This document shows positions 34,964 through 44,874 of a stretch of 64,000 nucleotides of DNA, one piece after another. Below the pieces are notes generated by a model. That model saw only the letters and a program-made list of their open reading frames with translations. It had not been told where the DNA came from and ran no database searches. Location of the stretch: NCBI GenBank assembly GCA_002710785.1, contig PAMC01000018.1, positions 10,515 to 74,514 on the forward strand, read 5' to 3'. This stretch comes from a bacterium (GTDB lineage Bacteria; Patescibacteriota; Minisyncoccia; Phycocordibacterales; UBA918). The position numbers and the translations under genes were made by a program. The first letter of the stretch is position 1. Every line of letters begins with the position of its first letter.

Positions 34964-36193
34964 ATGTTCAATTTTTTTCGTACCCAGCCCGTATCGCCAA
35001 CCGCCATCACAGACATTACTGCGCGCGTGGTGCAAGATTCTAGGCGCAAACCAACTGTATCGGTAACCGTACACGTAGGCGCACACTCCGGCACGTTTAG
35101 TGTGCCAAGCGGTGCTAGTACCGGCGAGCGCGAGGTGGTGGCGCTGCCAGCTAAAGAGGCGGTCCGCGCCATTAAGCGAATTATCGCCCCCGCACTCATT
35201 GGCTGCTCTGTGCTCGATCAGGCCGCAATCGACGACCAGCTGCACGAGCTTGATGGTACCGCTAACTTTGCATCGCTTGGCGGTAACGCAGCTTTGGGGG
35301 TTAGTGTAGCCGCTACTAAAGCAGCCGCGTCTGTTAAAGAGTTAGAAACCTGGGAGTACATTGAGACGCTCTTTGCTACCCCAGCCCAAGCCAAAGCTCC
35401 GCGCTTGTTTGTAAACCTTATTAACGGCGGCGCACATGCCGACCGGGGGAGCCAGATTCAAGAGCATCAAGTCATCCCCGAAACCGACAACGTTCACGAA
35501 GCTTTTCGGGTGGCCAGCGCAGTGCAGCGTACGTTGCGAGATGTGTTGCACGAAGAATTTAGCGATGCTGACATTGGCATTGGTGACGAGGGTGGGTTTA
35601 TGGTGCCTACCCAGACACTCGAAGCGCCGTTTCGGTACCTCGCCCGAGCCGCAGCAGAAACCGAGGCAGGATGCGCGGTTTCCCTTGGCTCTGATGTCGC
35701 GGCGTGTTCGTTTTGGCAAGGAGCACACTACGAGCTAGCTGGTCAGTCGCTCGATAGCGCCGGGCTCACTACGCGCTTAAATGCGCTGCTGGCACAATTT
35801 CCGACCCTGACATACGTCGAGGATCCAGCTGGTGAGCACGACACCGAAGGTTTTTCTCGCTTCTTGGCAGACAATCCAGCTTGCACGGTGATTGGCGACG
35901 ATTTAACTACTACCAATCCTAAGATTTTAGAGCAAGCAATTGCTGCTCGGGCGATTTCAGGGATTATTATTAAACCAAACCAAATTGGCACGGTCAGTGA
36001 CACGCTGGCAACCATGCGCCTGGCGTACCAGCACGATGTCCGGTGTGTGGTCTCGCATCGTAGCGGAGAGACCATGGACGATTTTATTGCCGATCTCGCG
36101 TACGGAACAAAGTGTTTTGGACTAAAAGCGGGTGCGCCTACAGCGAAAGAGCGTCTCGCAAAATACCAGCGGTTACTCACTATTGCTCAGTAG
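34964..36193 (+). CDS. eno: Enolase (phosphopyruvate hydratase)
   Basis: N-terminal …ARVVQDSRRKPTVSV…, SGASTGEREV, full-length match to the enolase pattern. Confidence 0.85.
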   Translation: MFNFFRTQPVSPTAITDITARVVQDSRRKPTVSVTVHVGAHSGTFSVPSGASTGEREVVALPAKEAVRAIKRIIAPALIGCSVLDQAAIDDQLHELDGTANFASLGGNAALGVSVAATKAAASVKELETWEYIETLFATPAQAKAPRLFVNLINGGAHADRGSQIQEHQVIPETDNVHEAFRVASAVQRTLRDVLHEEFSDADIGIGDEGGFMVPTQTLEAPFRYLARAAAETEAGCAVSLGSDVAACSFWQGAHYELAGQSLDSAGLTTRLNALLAQFPTLTYVEDPAGEHDTEGFSRFLADNPACTVIGDDLTTTNPKILEQAIAARAISGIIIKPNQIGTVSDTLATMRLAYQHDVRCVVSHRSGETMDDFIADLAYGTKCFGLKAGAPTAKERLAKYQRLLTIAQ

Positions 36194-36195
36194 GT

Positions 36196-37002
36196 ATGAG
36201 TACGTACGAGCCAATCCAAATTGCCGCTACGCTTGGTCCGTCCTCGAGTGACGAGGCGACGCTCGAAGCGATGCTTCGGGCTGGGGTACAGGTGGCTCGG
36301 CTCAACTTCTCGTGGGGGACACATGAAGACCACCAGCGGTTTGTGCACCAAGTTCGTTTGGCGGCCGGCCGACTCGGGAGGCGCATTATCATCATGCAAG
36401 ACCTCTCTGGTCCGCGAGTACAGGAAGGAGTGTGCCACACCTTTGACCCAGAAGCTGATGTTGTAACCGACAAAGATCTGGCAGATATTGATGCGCTCGT
36501 CGATTTAGAAATTAACTACGTAGCGCAGTCTTTTGCGCGCGACGCGGCTGATATCGAAGCTGTGCGTAGTGCACTGGCGGCGCAGGGGAGCGCGGCTAAA
36601 GTCATCGCCAAAGTTGAGCGACTCGAGGCACTTGAGAATCTCGATGAGATACTGACCGCAGCCGACGGAGTACTGGTTGGCTGTGGCGACCTAAGCTGCG
36701 TTGTCCCGACTGAGCGCCTACCTTTTGTTATTAAAGACATCGTCCGGCGCGCCAGACACGCACACGTACCGTGTATGGTGCTTGCCCGCTCAGAAGCCTC
36801 GGTTGTTCCAGATACACCCGTGTTATTTTCGGACGCTATTGCCGCAGCCCAATTGGTACTCGATGGGGCTAGTGCACTGTTGCTCTCACACGAAACAGCT
36901 ACTGGCGACCGCCCAGTAGACTCGATCGCGAATTTGCGCAGCGTAGTAGACACCGCGCTTAAACACGCTAGTAAGGGCTCAATTGCGCGCTTTACGGTAT
37001 AG
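36196..37002 (+). CDS. Pyruvate kinase-like protein, short form (268 aa, barrel region only)
   Basis: IQIAATLGPSS, ARLNFSWG, MQDLSGPR motifs of the PK N-terminal/barrel domain; no C-terminal regulatory domain before the stop codon. Confidence 0.55.
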   Translation: MSTYEPIQIAATLGPSSSDEATLEAMLRAGVQVARLNFSWGTHEDHQRFVHQVRLAAGRLGRRIIIMQDLSGPRVQEGVCHTFDPEADVVTDKDLADIDALVDLEINYVAQSFARDAADIEAVRSALAAQGSAAKVIAKVERLEALENLDEILTAADGVLVGCGDLSCVVPTERLPFVIKDIVRRARHAHVPCMVLARSEASVVPDTPVLFSDAIAAAQLVLDGASALLLSHETATGDRPVDSIANLRSVVDTALKHASKGSIARFTV

Positions 37003-37004
37003 TT

Positions 37005-38243
37005 GTGGCGATTATGCGATACGGACTCATCACCCTCTGGATACTGCTCGGCGTAGCCGCTGTCGGCTGGCAGTTTATCGCTACCCCCGCGCACGCCCAG
37101 ACGGCCGATGAAGCGGCTGTGGTGTACATGTTTGGTCGCGACGACTGTGGTTTTTGTAAAAAGCAATTTGTTTGGCTCGAAACCGAGGGTATAACGTACC
37201 AGTACCTCAATATCGCTGAAGATGCTGAGGCACGCGTGCTCTATGACGCAATAACCGAAAAGCACGCCGCTCCAAAAGTGACACCGGTGACGGTCGTTGG
37301 CGAGCGGGTAATCGTTGGCTTTAACGGACCAGAGACTACGGGCGCCAGCATCAAAGCGGCCATCAGTGCAGCCGCCACCAGCGGCATCGTGACACTCGAA
37401 GACCACATTGCACGCGCACCACAGCAAGAGATAATTGTCGGTGGCGGCTGCACCGGCGTCGCTTGTGATGCTGGCGCCAGCCAGCAGTACGTCTTTGATT
37501 TGCCGCTACTGGGACTAGTTGATTTGCAGACTTTTTCGCTCACTACGCTCTCAGTGGTGCTCGGCGTCATTGACGGCTTCAACCCGTGCGCGATGTGGGT
37601 GCTCGTCACTTTTTTGGTCCTCCTCTCACAAGCTGGCAGCCGACAACGGATGATTTTCTTGGCTGGTCTCTTTATTCTCGCTCAGGGCATTATGTACAAC
37701 CTGATTCTCAACGTCTGGTACCAGACCTGGGACTTCATTGCGCTCGATGAGTACGTAACGCCACTGGTTGGCGCGGTCGCGCTCGGTGGCGGCCTCTTCT
37801 TCCTCTACCGCTGGTGGAAGAATCGTAACAGTGCGCTTGTGTGTGACATTAGCGACATCGAGTCGCAGGCTAAGACCACCACTCGCTTCCAGGAGATTGC
37901 CAGCAAGCCGATCACTATCGCGTCTGTATTCGCCATTCTGGTGATTGCTTTTTCGGTAAATATTATTGAGTTCGCCTGTTCGATTGGTATTCCGCAGGCG
38001 TACACGAAAATTCTCGAGCTCAACCTCCTCAGCTTTGTTGAGCGGCAGTGGTACATCTTTATTTTCACGCTCGGCTACATGCTCGACGACGTGGTGGTCT
38101 TCGCTTTGGCGATTTGGGGCTTTGGTAAGTTGCAGGCGCACGGACAAAAGTACGCCCAGCTGTCGCTCCTGATTGGTGGCGCACTTATGCTTGCGCTTGG
38201 AGTATTGCTCATGCTTGCGCCTGAGCTTCTCGTGCTGGCGTAG
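37005..38243 (+). CDS. Thiol-disulfide membrane protein: glutaredoxin/NrdH-like CxxC domain fused to a CcdA/DsbD-like transmembrane domain
   Basis: Signal peptide; CGFC in a thioredoxin-fold context (VVYMFGRDDCGFCKK); TM region with GFNPCAMWVL, which is CcdA/DsbD-like. Confidence 0.6.
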   Translation: MAIMRYGLITLWILLGVAAVGWQFIATPAHAQTADEAAVVYMFGRDDCGFCKKQFVWLETEGITYQYLNIAEDAEARVLYDAITEKHAAPKVTPVTVVGERVIVGFNGPETTGASIKAAISAAATSGIVTLEDHIARAPQQEIIVGGGCTGVACDAGASQQYVFDLPLLGLVDLQTFSLTTLSVVLGVIDGFNPCAMWVLVTFLVLLSQAGSRQRMIFLAGLFILAQGIMYNLILNVWYQTWDFIALDEYVTPLVGAVALGGGLFFLYRWWKNRNSALVCDISDIESQAKTTTRFQEIASKPITIASVFAILVIAFSVNIIEFACSIGIPQAYTKILELNLLSFVERQWYIFIFTLGYMLDDVVVFALAIWGFGKLQAHGQKYAQLSLLIGGALMLALGVLLMLAPELLVLA

Positions 38244-38252
38244 TTGCTGTAA

Positions 38253-38630
38253 CTACGCAGTAGCGAAAATAATTTCGCGAACTTTTTTGGCGAGCTCTTC
38301 GAGGCTCGACTCACCTTTAATAATGTACTCGGTGATACCACTCTCGTACGCGCCGCCGATATTTTTTACATCGTCCATTGCGCTCATAATTACTACCTTA
38401 GCGTTCATGCCCCAGCGGTCCTCGCGCAGTTTCTTGAGCATCTCGTGACCATCCATAATTGGCATCATGAGGTCAAGGAGAATAACGTCGGGGTGTTCAG
38501 AGAGAGAAAACTGCAGACCCTGCTGTCCATCCTCGGCCTCGATTACGTGGTAGCCAACATTACGTAGGTAGTCGGCCATCGCTTCGCGAATATCTTGTTC
38601 GTCTTCTACAATTAGGACTTTCTTCTTCAT
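38253..38630 (-). CDS. Single-domain response regulator (CheY-like receiver)
   Basis: KKKVLIVEDEQDIRE…DVILLDLMMPIMDG…K receiver signature; start at MKKK. Confidence 0.75.
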   Translation of the reverse strand: MKKKVLIVEDEQDIREAMADYLRNVGYHVIEAEDGQQGLQFSLSEHPDVILLDLMMPIMDGHEMLKKLREDRWGMNAKVVIMSAMDDVKNIGGAYESGITEYIIKGESSLEELAKKVREIIFATA

Positions 38631-38698
38631 ACCGAGATAGTAGCACAGATTTGTGTGCAAATGAGGATGCCGCTGTTGCTGGCTGTTATCATGGTGCT

Positions 38699-39988
38699 AT
38701 GCAGCTCTCGTTTTCGCAGCGCATCGTCTCCGGTCTACGCACATTGTGGCTAGTAGTTTTTACGCCAGTGCTCGTCGCGTTAGTGGCGTACGTCTTACTC
38801 TCAGTGCTGACGATTCCCGGGTGGATGATTTTAATTCCACTCTTTCTACTTAGTACCATCTACGTGTATCGCCGCAGCCGCAGCCGTCGTAATCAAGCTG
38901 TCTCCTACACGCCGCAAACCACAGAGCTAGCCTTTGCAAAAGCGCAACTCCAGCACCTCTTTGAGCACAGTCCGGTGCCATACCTGCGTATCGACCAGGC
39001 AGGCAACGTGCTGATGGCTAACTTAGCGGCCGTGCGACTCTTTGGTGCGACGACTGAAACCGTTACTACCATTCGGCTCTTTGAGCGCATACAGACGGAT
39101 CCAAACGCCGAACTTTCGGTGCTCCTTGGTAAATTAGAGTCTGGGGTCTCAATCGACGACCTCGAGTTTATTATCAGCACACTTGGTGGGGAAGAGCGAT
39201 GGGTACGCATGTCTATCTACGTTGCCGGTATCAATGCGCCCGAGCGACTAGTAACGCTAGTCGACATTACGCAGCAGAAGCGCATCGACCAAGCCAAGTC
39301 GGAGTTTGTGGCGTTGGCAGCGCACCAACTCCGTACGCCGATCGCGGCGATTCGCTGGAACGTAGAGCTCTTGGAGAGCACCGACCTCTCGTCATTTGTC
39401 GAGAAGCAGCGCAGCTACCTCGGTAAAGTGGCGCGCAACGCCGCGCGTATGATGACGCTCATTAACGACTTCTTGAGTGTCTCGAAGCTCGAAACAGGCA
39501 CCTTCGAAGCCGACCCAGAGACGGTTGATTTTACTGCCTACCTAGGCGAAATCATTGACGAGTTTGCTGCTCTCGTCAGCCAGAAGCAACTCGAGGTAAC
39601 ACTCCATCCACCCGCCATCCCAGCTACAGCGACAGCTGACATGCGGCTCTTACACATTGTCACCAGCAACTTAATTTCCAATGCCTGCAAGTACACGCCG
39701 GCACAGGGTCGCGTCACGGTTACGTACACTACCGACGGAACCACCATTACGTTTACTGTGAAGGATACCGGTATCGGCGTGCCGCAGAGTGAGCAGGGGC
39801 GGCTGTTTAGCAAATTCTTCCGCGCCACGAACGCACGCAAGCACCGCCAAGAGGGAACTGGCTTAGGTCTCTACATCGTAAAGCAATCGGCAGAGATGAT
39901 GGGTGGTACTATTGCGATGCAGTCGACCGAAGGGCAGGGCAGTACGTTTATCGTGACGTTTCCGATGCAGCCAGCCCCTCAGGCATAA
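38699..39988 (+). CDS. Sensor histidine kinase (2 TM, PAS-like, HisKA, HATPase_c)
   Basis: H-box LAAHQLRTPIAAI, N/G boxes (NLISNACKYT, GTGLGLYIV). Confidence 0.75.
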   Translation: MQLSFSQRIVSGLRTLWLVVFTPVLVALVAYVLLSVLTIPGWMILIPLFLLSTIYVYRRSRSRRNQAVSYTPQTTELAFAKAQLQHLFEHSPVPYLRIDQAGNVLMANLAAVRLFGATTETVTTIRLFERIQTDPNAELSVLLGKLESGVSIDDLEFIISTLGGEERWVRMSIYVAGINAPERLVTLVDITQQKRIDQAKSEFVALAAHQLRTPIAAIRWNVELLESTDLSSFVEKQRSYLGKVARNAARMMTLINDFLSVSKLETGTFEADPETVDFTAYLGEIIDEFAALVSQKQLEVTLHPPAIPATATADMRLLHIVTSNLISNACKYTPAQGRVTVTYTTDGTTITFTVKDTGIGVPQSEQGRLFSKFFRATNARKHRQEGTGLGLYIVKQSAEMMGGTIAMQSTEGQGSTFIVTFPMQPAPQA

Positions 39989-40723
39989 CTACCACTCTGG
40001 TTTCTGTGCGTAGAGCGTAATCGTGCGTCGCTTACGTGCCCTACCTCGGCTCACGTGCTTGTGTGAGCGGTAGATTTTTTTGATGGTAAATTCGGGCTCA
40101 AGAAAGTCACGCAGGTCCGCCTCAAAGTAGACGTGCTCGGGCACGCCCATAACGGGGTGGATGTACGTGTTTGCTTCTTTAGCCGGCACTTCCTCAAGTA
40201 GACGTTTGGTGTGCAGGTCGCCGTCTGCTAGGTGCGTTTTCATAAATAGGTATCCGCCGGGCTTGAGCACTCGCAGCATCTCACTACGAAGCTGATCGCG
40301 TTCTTTGGCGCTGAGAAAATGCGAGGTCATCATGTCAAGCACTATGTCGCATGAAGCATCGGGCAGATTGGGGAACGTACCGGCTATACTTCGTGCCTCG
40401 TAGGTGAGCTTAAAGTCTTTTGAAGCGGTGCGGGCAATTTTAATGGCGGCACTCGAGACATCGTAGCCAACACCAGCAACGCCAAACTGCTCAGCCAAGT
40501 AGATAAGGTTGCGCCCATTGCCACAGCCAAAATCAGCGACAAAGGCACCGGGGTGTAAGTGCTCCGTACCGTGTTCTCGGGCCAGCCAGCGACAGAATTT
40601 TTTCAGGTCCTCTGCTGCTTCGTCTGAGAGCTTTAGGTGTCCACCCTCAGTGTACTCATGGTCCCAAAAACTAGCGCCGTGCCGTTTGCGCTTAATTTTT
40701 CGTTTAAATGGACGCTTTGCCAT
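39989..40723 (-). CDS. Class I SAM-dependent methyltransferase
   Basis: DFGCGNGRNLIYLA motif I. Confidence 0.6.
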   Translation of the reverse strand: MAKRPFKRKIKRKRHGASFWDHEYTEGGHLKLSDEAAEDLKKFCRWLAREHGTEHLHPGAFVADFGCGNGRNLIYLAEQFGVAGVGYDVSSAAIKIARTASKDFKLTYEARSIAGTFPNLPDASCDIVLDMMTSHFLSAKERDQLRSEMLRVLKPGGYLFMKTHLADGDLHTKRLLEEVPAKEANTYIHPVMGVPEHVYFEADLRDFLEPEFTIKKIYRSHKHVSRGRARKRRTITLYAQKPEW

Positions 40724-40819
40724 GGGCGCATTAGATCACAGCTGCAGCGTTAAAACAACCACATTGGTTAGAGCAGGGTCTGCTACAATGGTGGGCGTTA
40801 CACACTGAAAATCTTTTCT

Positions 40820-41527
40820 ATGTTTAAAAAGCACGGAGTCAAACTTACCATTCTCGCCGTCGTACTACTGTTTGCTGGCGCCATTTACTACGCCAATTTA
40901 GCTGCCTCACAAGCCAACGTCGGCGTAGTAATCGAACCGAATATCAAAGGTAACCCTGACGGGGCCGTGACGCTCGTTGAGTACAGCGATTTTCAGTGCC
41001 CAGCTTGTGCGGCCGCCGTACCTGTAGTGAACGATTTGCTTGAGGAGTACGGTGAGGATGTGCGCTTTGAGTACCGCCATTTCCCGCTCGTGACCATTAA
41101 CCCATTAGCTATCCCGGCTGCGCGAGCTGTTGAAGCAGCTGGTCAACAGGGTCAGTTTTGGCCAATGCACGACCTCTTGTTCGAGAATCAGCAGACGTGG
41201 TCGACTGCCGCGAACCCAACGACTTTCTTCATCGCGTACGCTGAGGAGCTCGAGCTCGATGTAGCCACATTCCGCCGCCACCTCGATGCGTCCGTCATCG
41301 AAGAGCACATTCAAGATCAGTTTGGCGAAGCGCGCCAGCAAGGTTTTACAGGCACCCCAACCTTTACGCTCAACGGAGAGCGTATGCAGTTTAGTACCTA
41401 CGATGATTTTGTCGCGCAGGTTGGTGCTGCAGTTGCAACCGCCAACGGCGAAACTCCCGAGAGCGCTGAGCAAAGCGCAGCAGAACCAAGCTCAGCCTCA
41501 GACCTTGGCCTCGAGTTTGGTATCTAG
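40820..41527 (+). CDS. DsbA-like thiol:disulfide oxidoreductase, membrane-anchored
   Basis: N-terminal TM; VTLVEYSDFQCPACAA (CxxC in a DsbA-fold context). Confidence 0.7.
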   Translation: MFKKHGVKLTILAVVLLFAGAIYYANLAASQANVGVVIEPNIKGNPDGAVTLVEYSDFQCPACAAAVPVVNDLLEEYGEDVRFEYRHFPLVTINPLAIPAARAVEAAGQQGQFWPMHDLLFENQQTWSTAANPTTFFIAYAEELELDVATFRRHLDASVIEEHIQDQFGEARQQGFTGTPTFTLNGERMQFSTYDDFVAQVGAAVATANGETPESAEQSAAEPSSASDLGLEFGI

Positions 41528-42426
41528 AAAAGAGATCTAAGTAGTCTCAGATAGAAAGGCTTACTCAGGTGAGCCTTTTTTAGTGCGTATTGAATAGTCT
41601 CGTACGGAAAATTAACTCCGTTGAGCTCTTGCACTTGTCGCCAGCCTGGCTGCCAGTTTAGTTCCAAAAATAAGCAAGCATTATCGTGTGTGAGTATGTC
41701 AATGCCGGCAATCTCAGCTCCAAACGCTGCCGATACTTTCTCAGCAAATGGATAAAGCAGCTTGGTCATCTCCGGCTCTGTTTTTCTGATTTCGCCGCCA
41801 ACGTGCAAATTGGCCCTAAAATCATTGTTCCCGGGTTGTTTTTTGTAACTAGCCAGCGCTTTTCCATTGACCGTGTACACCCGATACTCAGTGGCGTGTT
41901 CAATATATTTCTGGCAGATAAAATTTTTATGGTGATACTGCGTTAGATGGTCATGTAACTGTTTTTCAGATTCGATCAGTGCAACAGCATTTCCTTTAGA
42001 ACCTTCATCAGGCTTAACCACAAACGGTACTCCCAACTGATCGGCCACCTCATTAAATTGTATCGTTTGTGCCCAGATGGTTTGTGGTTGCGGGATATTA
42101 AAACGGCTAGCTATTAACGCCTGGCGGATTTTTTTATGGAGGGCGTGATGTCGGGCACCATCATTGAGGACCGGAATCCCAGCTTTTCGCATATGGTACG
42201 CCACCTCCTCTAGCGCACTGTTGCGCAGGCCAGTGCGGTAGTAGATTACGTCAAACTGCTTGAGTCGATGTAGAAAATCGCTGTCGGCGAACGACGAAAG
42301 AGTAACGTGAGCGGGAGATATCTTTTCTAACCGTACACCATATTCCCATGCAGTATCCTTGAGCTCTTGAAATGGTGGGGTGTCAAGGTTTGTTATGACA
42401 CCAATTGAGTATTGAGTGTGTTGCAT
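41524..42426 (-). CDS. ATP-grasp family ligase (RimK/glutathione-synthetase-like)
   Basis: ATP-grasp fold motifs (…FVVKPDEGSKGNAV…, …EYRVYTV…, …AGIDIL…ELN…). Confidence 0.65.
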   Translation of the reverse strand: MQHTQYSIGVITNLDTPPFQELKDTAWEYGVRLEKISPAHVTLSSFADSDFLHRLKQFDVIYYRTGLRNSALEEVAYHMRKAGIPVLNDGARHHALHKKIRQALIASRFNIPQPQTIWAQTIQFNEVADQLGVPFVVKPDEGSKGNAVALIESEKQLHDHLTQYHHKNFICQKYIEHATEYRVYTVNGKALASYKKQPGNNDFRANLHVGGEIRKTEPEMTKLLYPFAEKVSAAFGAEIAGIDILTHDNACLFLELNWQPGWRQVQELNGVNFPYETIQYALKKAHLSKPFYLRLLRSLF

Positions 42427-42575
42427 ATTGAGCTCCAGTATTCTTCAGAACTGTTAGGATTTTGTCAATGATTTGCATTTGACAAGATGTGTGTTTTGGT
42501 GCGTAAAAACACAAAAATTGTACTATGATTGTGTTTCTGCCAATTGAATACTGAATGTAATACCCCAGGCGGATC

Positions 42576-43970
42576 ATGAAGAAAGACAAAAACATACTAC
42601 TGTTTGTTGGTACGTTTGCCGATCGCTACGCAAACTATATCGCGCAATATGAGGCGAAATATGAAAAACACTTTCGCACGATGTTGCTTCGGGACTCAAA
42701 GCTGAGAAAGCTGGAAAAAGAACCGACTTGTGACATTTTTGTGGAGTGTGATTTTAGTAAACCACACAAAATTGCTGAGGTGCTCTTACCTTACCAGGAT
42801 GAGCTGCTGGCGGTGACATGCCGCACGGAGCAGCAGATAGCCCGGTTTGCACAGGTGATTCCGCATGTGCCTTACCTGCGCACACCGACTACCGAATCGC
42901 TAGCCTGGGCTGCTGATAAGTACGAGATGCGCAAACGGTTTAATTTGGGTGCCAAGAAATACAATCCTCGGTTTACCTGGGTTAAGAACGCGACTGCCAG
43001 TGAACGCCGACGGGTAATTGAAAAAGTCGGTTTTCCGCTTGTCATCAAACCGACAAGCTTGGCCGGCAGCTTGTTTGTCAGCATTTGCTACCACGAAGAT
43101 GAGCTGCACAAAACGCTCCAGTCGTCGTTTCGTAGAGTGCGCGCTGCCTACAAAAAGGATAGTCGTCTAGAAGAGCCGAAAATTATTGCCGAGGAGTACA
43201 TCGAGGGTGAGCTGTACTCGATAGATTCGTACGTTAACAGTCGAGGCGCGGTCTACCACTGCCCGCTCGTTCGTCAGCGAACTGCCCGTGAGCGCGGCGG
43301 AGACGACCTGTATAACTACCTGCAAATCACACCTACCGCGCTTAAATCAACCACGATAGCTAAAGCTGAAGAAGTAGCAGAAGCGGCGATTCATGCCCTG
43401 GGCTTACGAAGTGTAACTGCTCATACTGAGCTCATTAAACACGACGATGAGTGGAAGATCGTTGAGGTAGGTCCACGCCCGGGCGGACAGCGCGATCTTT
43501 TGCACAGCCTGAGTTGCGACATCAACCACACCATGAATGACCTCTTAGTTCGCATACCGCGCAAACCGGTTATACCAAAAAAATGCCAAGGCTTCGCTGC
43601 GTACCTTAAATATTATGCTCAGAGAGAAGGGGAGATCACTGAAACGAAGGGTATTAAAAAGATCGAAGAACTCGACTCATTTAATTCGATTGTCGTTAAC
43701 AAAAGAGTTGGCGACCGAGCAATTTTTGCACGCAACGGCGGTCGGTCAATTTTTAATGTTGTACTGTATAACAACGATCGAGCCAAACTACTGGCCGATA
43801 TTCGACGAATTGAGCAGATGGTAAGCGTTAGGGTCCTGACGCGCGGCAAAAAGGCGCACGCCACAAAAAAGGCCGGCGTGACGACTAACCAGAAAAAAGC
43901 GACGATCAAGACAACCGTAAAGAAGGTGGCAAAGAAAACTGTCAAAAGAAAATCTGCTAAGAAAAAGTGA
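42576..43970 (+). CDS. ATP-grasp family protein with an N-terminal extension and a Lys-rich C-terminal tail
   Basis: ATP-grasp core (…VIKPTSLAGS…, …HTELIKHDDEWKIVEVGPRPGG…); C-terminal KKAxKK repeats; divergent from the upstream ATP-grasp gene. Confidence 0.65.
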   Translation: MKKDKNILLFVGTFADRYANYIAQYEAKYEKHFRTMLLRDSKLRKLEKEPTCDIFVECDFSKPHKIAEVLLPYQDELLAVTCRTEQQIARFAQVIPHVPYLRTPTTESLAWAADKYEMRKRFNLGAKKYNPRFTWVKNATASERRRVIEKVGFPLVIKPTSLAGSLFVSICYHEDELHKTLQSSFRRVRAAYKKDSRLEEPKIIAEEYIEGELYSIDSYVNSRGAVYHCPLVRQRTARERGGDDLYNYLQITPTALKSTTIAKAEEVAEAAIHALGLRSVTAHTELIKHDDEWKIVEVGPRPGGQRDLLHSLSCDINHTMNDLLVRIPRKPVIPKKCQGFAAYLKYYAQREGEITETKGIKKIEELDSFNSIVVNKRVGDRAIFARNGGRSIFNVVLYNNDRAKLLADIRRIEQMVSVRVLTRGKKAHATKKAGVTTNQKKATIKTTVKKVAKKTVKRKSAKKK

Positions 43971-43978
43971 TATGCAAA

Positions 43979-44008
43979 CCACCGCCCGTAGACCGGGCGG
44001 TGGTTTGG
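43979..44008 (+). terminator. Intrinsic terminator
   Basis: CCACCGCCCG-taga-CGGGCGGTGG followed by TTTGGTAT. Confidence 0.55.
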
Positions 44009-44020
44009 TATGATTGGTGC

Positions 44021-44821
44021 ATGATACGGACGCGCGATTTCATTCTCTACCTCACCGTGCTTGGGTTTGTGCTCTTGGGTGCGACGTACACGGGTTTTTC
44101 GGAGCGGGCTGCGTCCACGGCGGCGGTCATTATGCTACCCGAAGTTGCTGAGGCGCCAACCGTGTCTGCGTTTGCCTATGAGCGTCCAAATACGCTAGCC
44201 CAGCGCTGGCAAGAGCTCCGTCAGCGTCTAGCTGGAGGCGAAGGATATCGCAGAGATGCGCCAGCAGTATTTACCTCGGTCGATCAGACTGCCGCTCAAG
44301 AAGCAGCTGAGGCGACGAGCAGTGCCGGATTTAGCGGCGTACGTAGCGTGCAGTGGTGTGGTGCACCTGTACCCGCAGCTATGGTGGCCAGTTGGCCGGC
44401 GGGCGGAACCCTACGGGTAGTTGAAGGACAGCGCACACTGGTGGTTGAGACTACCGAAGAGATCAATAACGGCTCGACTACCGAGATGGTTCTCACCGAA
44501 GAGATTGCGCTAGCGCTACCGATACGCACCGTGCGGTCTACCTTCGACAGCTGTGTGCCCGATACCCTCGTTGGTGTAACCACTGCCGGACAACCGCTAC
44601 TTAATGATGCCGCCAGCACCTACCAGAACTTCTTAGAAACTCAGGTGGTAGGCTACACTCGCGACGGGTTTGCCGTGTACGGTCCGGTTGCCGATGCGGC
44701 GCAACTCGATGCTTGTGGTGGTCGCTACAGTCTGAACGGGCAGTATCAGTACCACGTTCGCACCAACGAGCCGTTTATTTTAGGTTGTTACGCTGGGGTT
44801 CCAATAAATATTGACATCTAA
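44021..44821 (+). CDS. Secreted/anchored hypothetical protein
   Basis: Start at MIRTRDFILYLTVLGFVLLG (signal-anchor) downstream of the terminator; no domain. Confidence 0.45.
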   Translation: MIRTRDFILYLTVLGFVLLGATYTGFSERAASTAAVIMLPEVAEAPTVSAFAYERPNTLAQRWQELRQRLAGGEGYRRDAPAVFTSVDQTAAQEAAEATSSAGFSGVRSVQWCGAPVPAAMVASWPAGGTLRVVEGQRTLVVETTEEINNGSTTEMVLTEEIALALPIRTVRSTFDSCVPDTLVGVTTAGQPLLNDAASTYQNFLETQVVGYTRDGFAVYGPVADAAQLDACGGRYSLNGQYQYHVRTNEPFILGCYAGVPINIDI

Positions 44822-44874
44822 ACAAAACCGTACTTAAATAAACTCGAACGTTCCAAACACATGAGGTGCTCGTA

